Source: an uncultured candidate division Zixibacteria bacterium
GTDB lineage: Bacteria; Zixibacteria; MSB-5A5; UBA10806
Assembly: GCA_963817915.1 (NCBI GenBank)
Contig: CAWFQL010000006.1
Location: 64,001-128,000 of the forward strand
Reading direction: 5' to 3'
Length of the DNA stretch: 64,000 bases
A program made the position numbers and the translations under genes. Under the pieces are notes generated by a model that did no database searches, was not told where the DNA came from, and worked only from the letters and a program-made list of their open reading frames with translations. Positions 56,087 through 64,000 of this stretch are shown piece after piece; position 1 is the stretch's first letter; each line of letters starts with the position of its first letter.

Positions 56087-57271
56087 TTATGGCTTTTGGG
56101 GGTTAACCAGCTTTTCGAATCTATCCAATTGCTTTGGATAATAATCGCTGGTTGAATCTTGGGCGATGGCCTGCTTGGTTAGCTCGACAGCAACATTGGG
56201 CTTGCCGAGGGCATTGGCGATCTCGGCGTTTGTATCGAGACATTGTGCTTTATCATTGCCCGCCTCGGCCAAACCAACCGATTTCTTTGAAAGCGTTTCA
56301 GCTTCGGGCAAATTGACTTTATTTGCAAAGCACCACCAGGCGAATTCGTTTAGCTGCAGGGCATTTTCCGTCCAGCCATCCGGCATGGAGCCTTTTTTAT
56401 AAGTGACTGCCTTGGTTGTGTCTTTATTGATGAAAAGGGCTTCATAGATCATCATCTCATTATGGCCCTGTTTCATTTCAGGTTTTGTCGTATCTGATGT
56501 TGCCTGCAGGCCGCCTTTGATATACCCGGGCAAGAGCTCCAATTGATTCTTGTCTACGACCAAAGTAATCATTCTCTGGCATGCTTCGTAGACTTCCGAT
56601 GGAGTTTCGTTTTTCGATCTGACGACATTATCGGCCGCGGCCTTTACATCCTCGAATGTGTAGATATTTTTTAAATAACCATCGGCGACTACTTCGAAAA
56701 TTTCATCGGTATAATCAAATGACGGATCACTATTGAGTTTTTGGGATTCGGTGTAATATTCCACTGCTTTCTTGAAATCCCCGAATGCCGAATACCAGCG
56801 GCCTAATGCGGAAGCATCAGCAACATCCGGCTTGGATTTCATCCTGGAAACCATTTCATCAATAGTAGCCTGATCCTTGATGGCGTCTGTAAAGGTTTTC
56901 AGAAAGAATGATTTTTCATATCCGAGCCAGCGATCAAGGGGCTCACCTTTACTATTAAATAAAATGAACGACGGATAGGCGTTGACCTTCCATTTCTTGG
57001 CCAATTCCTTGCCGTCCCCTTTTTCAGCGTCTATGCGAAACAGCACGACCGATTCAAGAGATTTGATTAATTCTTTGTCGGATTCCGCCTCACGGGCGAA
57101 TCTTTTGCATGCCCCTCACCAAACCGCATAAAATTCGGCCAAAATCGGCTTATTAAGTTTGGCTGCTTGTGCCTTGGCATCATCGAATGACATGACCTGC
57201 GCGGGTTGGGCTGACAAAATCTGAGCAAGCCCGACCACCATCAAAATGGCGGTTATCACATATTTTTTCAT
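56087..57271 (-). CDS. Secreted thioredoxin-fold/TPR-like protein with in-frame UGA (candidate selenoprotein, W-U-G-A-C)
   Basis: ATG at 57271 with RBS; signal peptide; KPILAEFYAVW-TGA-GACKRF in frame with the 319-aa ORF; hairpin at 57081-57102. Confidence 0.8.
57081..57102 (-). promoter_or_regulatory. Candidate bacterial SECIS element
   Basis: GAUUCGCC-CGUGA-GGCG(G)AAUC stem starting 13 nt after the UGA, with G in a small apical loop. Confidence 0.6.
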
Positions 57272-57444
57272 ACCCTTCTCCTTCCCTTAATTTCAATTCT
57301 ACATTTTAACCTAAGATTAGTTCAAATTGACTCTATAGGTCAATCTTATAATTATTGAATTATTCACAAGCCCCGAAAGTTCCCTATTTTTGTCCACGTT
57401 ATGAAAAATCAACTGGAAAGTGCTCCCGAAAAGCGATGAGCTAA

Positions 57445-58665
57445 TTATTCTACGATCGACAATCTAGCATTCGGCCTGTATTCTCGGCCCACCTTGGCGA
57501 GCGGCTTGCCATTGAGACGGACGGCATCAGCGGTGAAATCAAAACGGCCGGATAGTATCCAGCTACCAACCGCGTAGATATCGACCGGCACGCCGAGCTT
57601 CTCGAAATGTCGAATTCGTTCGGGATGGAAGCCGCCGGAAACAATTATTTTGACATGCCGGAATCCCTCGGAATCAAGCGCCTCGCGGACCTTCTCGACC
57701 AGCCGCGGAGCGACGCCATGCAATTCGGTTTCGGGTATGCCGATTTCATTCTGCAGTGATTTATCAATCAGTTTTTCGGCCGTATCGAGCCGAACTCCCC
57801 AGAGCTTTTCGCCAAGCCCGCGGGCTGATTCCAGCGAGGTTTTGACACAATCGTTATCGAAATCTACTAACGAAATTGCATTCGTATCGGGATAATATTT
57901 GTTGAATCGTTCGGCCGATAGCGCGGTATCGCCGCCGTATGCGACTATCATGGCGTGCGGAATTGTCCCGAGACCTCGTTCGCCAAACCAGGCGGCCATG
58001 GCGTCGGTGGCGACACCCTTGGCCCCGCCGATATACGACGCGTAGCCATCGCCCCCCTGATTGCTGAAATGATCGAATCTGTCCGCGAAGAAAAGTACTT
58101 GTTTGCCATTGGCGGCCTCGACCACCGCGCGGGTGTTGGTGGCGACTTTGGATCGTCGGGCAAGCACACCGAGATAGAGCGATTCCAGATGAGCGAAAAG
58201 CGAGTAATCGCCCTCGATTGTTATGGCAGTTTCCCATGACGACAACAGGTCGCCATCGTAAAGCGATTTGATTTCGATTTCGCCGTATTTATCGATCCAG
58301 AGCTCATCAAGCGCGCGCGAAATTTCCATCTTCTCTTTGGTCATGGCGAGATAGCTGTCGTAATCGCCTTTGTATAAGGCCTGTCGAACCTGGGGTTTTA
58401 TTTCGATATAGCGATCGAATAATTTCGATGCCTTTTCGTAATCGGCATAAAGACCGGTTGCGCTTTTGAAAATCGCTATAACCTCATCAGTGCCGCAGAT
58501 TGTGACATTATCCTGCTTCTGGAAAATCTGATGAGTGACATTGGCATGCCGATTGTCCTGTTCGAGTATCCGTTTGGCGCGCCAGAAATAGACTGCCGAA
58601 CGATATCCTCGTCTGATCTCCTGCACCGGCAGATCGAAGACCGATGGATCGAGCCTTGCTTTCAT
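57445..58665 (-). CDS. Nicotinate/quinolinate phosphoribosyltransferase family (NAPRTase-like)
   Basis: GTIPHAMI, LVDFDNDC, GVRLDT, KIIVSGGF; near pncA. Confidence 0.85.
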   Translation of the reverse strand: MKARLDPSVFDLPVQEIRRGYRSAVYFWRAKRILEQDNRHANVTHQIFQKQDNVTICGTDEVIAIFKSATGLYADYEKASKLFDRYIEIKPQVRQALYKGDYDSYLAMTKEKMEISRALDELWIDKYGEIEIKSLYDGDLLSSWETAITIEGDYSLFAHLESLYLGVLARRSKVATNTRAVVEAANGKQVLFFADRFDHFSNQGGDGYASYIGGAKGVATDAMAAWFGERGLGTIPHAMIVAYGGDTALSAERFNKYYPDTNAISLVDFDNDCVKTSLESARGLGEKLWGVRLDTAEKLIDKSLQNEIGIPETELHGVAPRLVEKVREALDSEGFRHVKIIVSGGFHPERIRHFEKLGVPVDIYAVGSWILSGRFDFTADAVRLNGKPLAKVGREYRPNARLSIVE

Positions 58666-58775
58666 GGGAAAATTATAGTGGGTATAGAAGAGGGTGTCAA
58701 GATTAAGAGGGATTTTGCTAATGGAGAATCGTCAGGAAAGGATTCTTAAAGACGCCATAAATATGGAAATATCGC

Positions 58776-59427
58776 TTACTTTCTTAATGATTCAATTGTC
58801 GCTTTGTAATCTTTAGATCCGAAAATATATTCGCCGGCGACTATTATTCGGGCGCCATTGCTTATTGCGGCTTTGACTGTCTTGTCGTTGAGACCGCCAT
58901 CGACCTCAATAGCATATTTGAAGTTACTCTCGGCTTTCATTTGGGCGGCTTGGGAGATTTTGGAGAGCATCGGTTCGATAAACTGCTGGCCGCCGAACCC
59001 CGGATAGACAGTCATAATCAATAAGACATCGGCGAGATCGAGATAATCCGAAATCGTGTCCAATGACGTATCGGGTTTGATACTAATCCCGAATGATTTC
59101 CCCGCGCTTTTTACTATCTCATGGAGTGACGGAATAGTCGCCTTTACTTCAGAATGAATCGTGATATTGTCGGCCCCTGCCGACGCGAATTTCTCGATGA
59201 ATGATTGCGGGGAATCGATCATCAGGTGCACATCCAACGGCAATTTTGTAATTTTGCGAATATGCTGAACGAGACGTGGGCCGTAAGTAAGATTGGGAAC
59301 GAAATGCCCGTCCATGATATCGACATGAATCCAATCGGCTCCGGCCTTTTCGATAGCCTTTATTTCGACGTTCGAGATTGAGCGGATCGGCGGAAAGAAT
59401 CGATGGTGCGACTATTATCCCATTCAT
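58776..59427 (-). CDS. rpe: Ribulose-phosphate 3-epimerase (frameshift near 59368)
   Basis: IVAPSILSAD in one frame; ADWIHVDIMDGHFVPNLT, DVHLMI, MTVYPGFGGQ, EVDGG in the next. Confidence 0.92.
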
Positions 59428-59431
59428 TATC

Positions 59432-60196
59432 TTATTCCAGTGCTGAAACAGTCAGATTGATTACGGTCCATTTATCGGCCATCGTGCCCTCGGGAATCGA
59501 TTGCCCAACTACAGTCTCAGGCAGTAACCGTTCATTAACCTGATAGCTTATTTCGCCGATCAAAAGATAATTTTCTTCGGCGAGGCTTTTGGCTTCATCG
59601 AGATCAAGTCCAATAAAATCCGGCACCTTGATTGTCATGGTCGATGCCAATCTATTTACTACCAATTGCACGGCGGCATTGAGGCGCATAACAGTCCCCG
59701 ACGGCGGCAACGATGTAATAATCACGCCATCCGGTCTCGTCGTATCCTCAACCCATGAGACACTACCCTGCTGGAGGCCCTCTTTTTGAAGCATGAAGCG
59801 CGCTTCTCTTAAAGTATATCCATTCAATTCGGGCACTGTCGCCGATGCCGAGCCTTTGCTGATTATCACCATCACCTTTCGGCCTTTTTTGACTACCGCA
59901 CCCGCCTCGGGTATCTGGTTTATAATCGCGCCTTTGGGCATAGATGAATCGAATTCCTCGCTGCCCAATGTCATATCGAGATTGGCTTCCTTAAGCTTGG
60001 CCTCAGCCGCCTGTAGCGAAAGATTGGTTACCGATGGCACTTGAGTCTCTGACCCTTCCCTGACCACGACCGGCATCACGAAAGCATCCAATATTATGGC
60101 AATGATAATCATGCCGCCGATAAACACCCCGGCGGTGATTAATAGCCCCCGTGTCTTTTCATTTTTTATATCGAATTTCATCATATTAATTTTCAT
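59432..60196 (-). CDS. PASTA-domain membrane protein
   Basis: TM segment then three VP...G..L.EA...L PASTA repeats. Confidence 0.9.
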   Translation of the reverse strand: MKINMMKFDIKNEKTRGLLITAGVFIGGMIIIAIILDAFVMPVVVREGSETQVPSVTNLSLQAAEAKLKEANLDMTLGSEEFDSSMPKGAIINQIPEAGAVVKKGRKVMVIISKGSASATVPELNGYTLREARFMLQKEGLQQGSVSWVEDTTRPDGVIITSLPPSGTVMRLNAAVQLVVNRLASTMTIKVPDFIGLDLDEAKSLAEENYLLIGEISYQVNERLLPETVVGQSIPEGTMADKWTVINLTVSALE

Positions 60197-61530
60197 TTTT
60201 TCCTCATCAATGCGAACCCGCCGCTTCCAATGCCATGTTTATGCTGCCAGCTTCTATATAATCCAGTAGATACTTTAAACGGCTGAAGAAAGGGAGCGTT
60301 CCCATCCGCAAGATAAAATTCGGAATTAGATTTGATGAATGAATTGACAACATTCTCGATTTCTTCGCTTTCGGTAGTGCATGTTGAATACACGAGGCTG
60401 CCGCCATCGGCCAGAAAAGTAGCGGCCTTATCAAGCAGTTTTTTTTGAATTTTCGCGAGTCGTTGAATATCATGCTCTGTTTTTGACCATTTCAAGTCCG
60501 CATTGTGTGTCAACGTGCCCAGACCGCTGCATGGCACATCAAGCAATATATATTTAAATTTTTCCTTCGGCGCAATTTGTAAAAGATCCACGGCGACAAT
60601 TTCTATATTGGTCAAGCCGGTACGTCTTATATTTTGGGCGATCTGATCTACTCGTTTCTTATCCGAATCCAACGATATCACTTTGCCTGACGGCCCGACT
60701 TTATCGGCGAATGATATAGTCTTCCCACCCGGGGCCGAGCATAGATCAAGCACTGTCGCCCCGATCGGCGGATTCAATAAGTGAACAGGGATCCCCTGAG
60801 ATTCGTCTTGAATAATGGAATTACCATTCTTAAATAGATTCGATTTCAATAACTCGGAGATATTATTGGATGAAAAGTAATCGGGCAAATATCGCCCGCT
60901 ATTTAAAATGACGTTCTCGGATTTCAGCATATTCGCGGCATCATTCATGCTGATTTTGCCGGTGAGAATCTTCATCGAAGTGGTCGGCCGTTCATTATAG
61001 GCGCGCAATAGCTGTTCGGTTTCATCGAATCCAAATCGGGCCAGCCAGCGATTGACCATCCATTCGGGAAATGAATAGATTGTCGAAAGATATCCGGCCG
61101 GATCTTTTGACCTTTCGGGGTATTTGATTTTATCCGGCGCGCGAAGGTAAGACCTGAGTACAGCGTTGACAAAACCCGCTTCTTTGATAGATGTCGATTC
61201 CTTGGCAATTGCCACGGTCTCATCCACAGCGGCGAATTGAGGTATCCTTGACATTTCGGTTAACTGATAAAGCCCCATTCGCAAAGCCGCGCTGATTTCG
61301 GGCTTCTGTCTTGGATTAGTATTGTTGATAAATTGAATAGCGATATGATCCAGTTTTTTTTGATAGCGTATCACTCCCAATGTCAATTCCCAGGCCAAAC
61401 CTTTGTCTTGATCTGAAATATCGTTTGGCATTAATTCGACCAAGATTTCCGAAGGGTCTTTATGGAATTTTATGTAGCTGACCAGGGCTTGCCAGGCGAT
61501 TTTGCGAGATATGGTGGGCTGTAAACTCAC
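60193..61530 (-). CDS. rsmB: 16S rRNA m5C967 methyltransferase
   Basis: NusB-like N-terminus (FVNAVLR), IQDES, VLDLCSAPGGK, DVPCSG, YSTCT. Confidence 0.92.
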   Translation of the reverse strand: MSLQPTISRKIAWQALVSYIKFHKDPSEILVELMPNDISDQDKGLAWELTLGVIRYQKKLDHIAIQFINNTNPRQKPEISAALRMGLYQLTEMSRIPQFAAVDETVAIAKESTSIKEAGFVNAVLRSYLRAPDKIKYPERSKDPAGYLSTIYSFPEWMVNRWLARFGFDETEQLLRAYNERPTTSMKILTGKISMNDAANMLKSENVILNSGRYLPDYFSSNNISELLKSNLFKNGNSIIQDESQGIPVHLLNPPIGATVLDLCSAPGGKTISFADKVGPSGKVISLDSDKKRVDQIAQNIRRTGLTNIEIVAVDLLQIAPKEKFKYILLDVPCSGLGTLTHNADLKWSKTEHDIQRLAKIQKKLLDKAATFLADGGSLVYSTCTTESEEIENVVNSFIKSNSEFYLADGNAPFLQPFKVSTGLYRSWQHKHGIGSGGFALMRKK

Positions 61531-64000
61531 ACGAGCTCCAGCGGTTCTATCAATCGGAAACCTGACTTATAGTATTGACCCTTGCGATGAATGGGCAGAG
61601 GTTTTACTTGTTCAATTTCCAAGCCAAGTCCAAACACAAGTATCTCCTCAGGTTTGATATGGCCTTCGGTTGTCTGCCAGAGACCCGCAATGATTACCTT
61701 ACCGTCTATATCCAAGCTTTCGATAAATGGTCCGGCATCGACTTCCTTTTCGACATTTTCTTTTTTGCGTTTGACCGGCAGGCTTTTCCGTTCGACAATT
61801 TCCTTAAGCGAATCAGGATTAAATATGAAATTGTCTATTTCGGGAATCTCGTATACTGCGAAATTCAATTGTTTGCTCAACGATGCCACGTTGGCGAAAT
61901 AATGTTTATAGCCGACAATATTCAAACCTATTGGAAATGTATTCTGCAAATTATCTATGAACTCTTCCCTGCAGGGTTGGGTCGTCTGAATATCCAGGTA
62001 TTCGGCATCGGAGGTATACCCCAATGGCAATGGTGTCCCAAATGATACTTTCATATGAGGATTGAATCCCTCACTAAAGGCAATAGGGATTCCGCTGCGA
62101 TTAATCGCGCGTGTCAATGTCCTGATCATGTCCAGATGTGAATAGAATCTTATTCCATTATCGCGGCTGTATTTGATTCTTATTTTGTAAGTTCCAGGAG
62201 GCGCGGTCGATTGTTTGGGAACCCGTTTTGCCCGTCTTCCATATTCGGAACTTTCGGAGGAATTTACCGCTGACTTTTCGTCAGCATTATCAAAGACACT
62301 GGAAGCTGGAATTGCCTCTTTGGATTTCTGATTTTCTTTTTTCAGATAATCTTTTGAGATGCCGTTATCAATATGATCCCATGCGAGCGGCGCATTTTCA
62401 ACAATCGGCTGCGATCTCTTCTCGCATTCAACTCCGGTTTCCGCGAATGATTGATACCATCTTTCGGCATTGAACCATTCAGTCCAGCCTTCGAGACGCG
62501 AACCTTTGTTGTAGGCGGTAAGGATCGCGTTTGATAGACGTCTATCGCCGCGACTAAAGACTGATTCAATCAATGAAAGATCGAGATCGCCATATTTGAT
62601 ATTGATATTGGGCTTTCGGACGCCTTTGATTATTTTTTGAATCTTTCTATTGATTTCATCATTGCTACAACGTCGTTCCCACTGCCAGGGAGTATGGGGC
62701 TTGGGATTGAATGATGACAAAGTAACATTGACGCTGCATTTCCCCTGCTGATTGAAGGCCATGTATGATGTCTTCCGCAAAATCGCAATAATGCCATCGA
62801 GATCGTCGTCGGTCTCCCCCGGCAACCCGATCATGAAATACAGCTTGAATGTTTGCCAACCGGCATCCATAGCTAGTCTGATGGCAGTGTATATCTCTTC
62901 ATCGGATATCTTTTTGCCGAGCGAATATCGAAGCCGTTCGGTGCCGGCCTCGGGCGCCAATGTGAGACCTGATTTTCTGGTCGCGGACAATGTCTCCAAC
63001 AATGACGGCGATATTGTTTCCGGCCTCAGAGATGGCAAGCCGAGCCCAATTCTCTTTTCGATAAATTTCGGACTGAGCCTCGCCAATAGATCATTCAGAC
63101 GATTATAGTCAGTCGATGAAAGCGAAAGCAGGGTTACATCATCATAGCCGGTACTGTCTAAGCACGCGAACACTGATGACGCCACGATCATCCGGCGTTC
63201 GCTGGCGGCGCGGACGATATTGATATCCCGCCTGGCAGAAACGACAGCCGCGCACACAGCCGCGCATGATTTCGCAAGAGAGATGGTCTTGGGTAATTTC
63301 CACAAATGGCACGATAGGCTTATCCGTATAATATTCGCTTTTTAATTCGGCAACACTGCTCGTTTTGATTTTGTCAGGTGCGAATTCATTCAATTTTTCA
63401 AGTGAAATAAATTGTCCGTCATTATCATATTTAGGAGAATAATAACCTGGGATGTACATGCCGCCGATCTTTGAAAGCATTTCCAATTTTTGTTTGCGGC
63501 CGTAATTCTTGGCCTTTGCCTCTTTTAGCTTATCGATAATTTCATGGATCGCTTCCTCACCATCCCCGATCAGGATGGCATCGATAAAATCAGCCACCGG
63601 CTCGGGATTCAGTGTTGACGGTCCTCCGGCGATAATCAATGGATGGCTGTCATCGCGATCGCTTGACTTCAAAGGTATCCCCGCAAGATTGAGCATGTTG
63701 ATTACAGTGACATAGCACATCTCGTAAGTGATATGGAAGCCAACAATATCAAATTGCGCTACGGGCGTGGATGATTCCAATGAAAACAGCGGGACATTTT
63801 TTTCAATCATCCGCTTTTCCATATCGGGCCAAACAGCGAAAACTCGTTCGGCGAAAGCATCATCGCGGCGGTTGATAATATTATATAGAATCTGCATGCC
63901 GAGATATGACATACCGATTTCGTACATATCAGGGAAACAGAGCGCAACCTTGAAGGTCTTGTCGTCATGTGTTTTATGAATGGAATTCAGTTCATTGCCA
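61527..64000 (-). CDS. B12-binding radical SAM protein fused to a DUF2344-type domain (5' part outside the window; frameshift near 63187)
   Basis: FPDMYEIGMS, CVRGCRFC, LAPEAGTERLR, FKLYFMIGLP, PKPHTPWQW; C-terminal SHLD...FSEGFNPH. Confidence 0.88.

Noticed and set aside
57116..57118. Genome-wide UGA reassignment (Trp or Gly)
   Set aside because: TGA is a normal stop at mscL, the S8 peptidase and several barrel genes; only this redox-site TGA appears to be read through.
44019..63927. Programmed frameshifts or pseudogenes in patatin, GT87, rpe and the radical SAM gene (also the barrel gene near 841)
   Set aside because: Isolated single-base indels in otherwise intact, partly housekeeping genes with no shared slippery motif. 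Sequencing or assembly error is more likely; raw reads would decide.
1..64000. tRNA or rRNA genes
   Set aside because: No cloverleaf or rRNA-like sequence recognised by eye; tRNAscan or Infernal would be needed to be certain.

Overview
AT-rich bacterial chromosome segment. The dockerin-like 'GDVNG..NGLDVTYLVNYF' domain and 'QNYPNPFN' C-terminal sorting domains suggest an FCB-superphylum organism such as Zixibacteria (inference). It holds housekeeping genes (eukaryote-type citrate synthase, aceK, mscL, pncA, a NAPRTase-like gene, rpe, rsmB, a radical SAM gene), a 7-gene outer-membrane beta-barrel array, 3 PD40 lipoprotein paralogs, an arsM locus and dense REP-like palindromes. The main finding is a phage head-and-packaging kit split over three unlinked loci among host genes: (A) protease/decoration/major capsid/adaptor/accessory/holin-like operon at 7.5-16.3 kb, (B) portal-TerS-TerL at 47.7-51.0 kb, and (C) a sigma-region-4/zinc-finger regulator plus RHH gene at 54.6-55.3 kb. 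No integrase, replication, tail-tube or tape-measure genes are visible. A and B share an identical 15-bp upstream element, and all three carry TCGG-N35-GAGCAT at the same spacing, which points to a domesticated, co-regulated gene-transfer-agent-like system. Also found: a UGA-containing (UxxC) thioredoxin-TPR selenoprotein candidate with a SECIS-like hairpin, a sigma54/IHF-type promoter driving a candidate sRNA, many apparently leaderless genes, and REP-associated duplications. Several single-base frameshifts in conserved genes look like sequencing or assembly errors.
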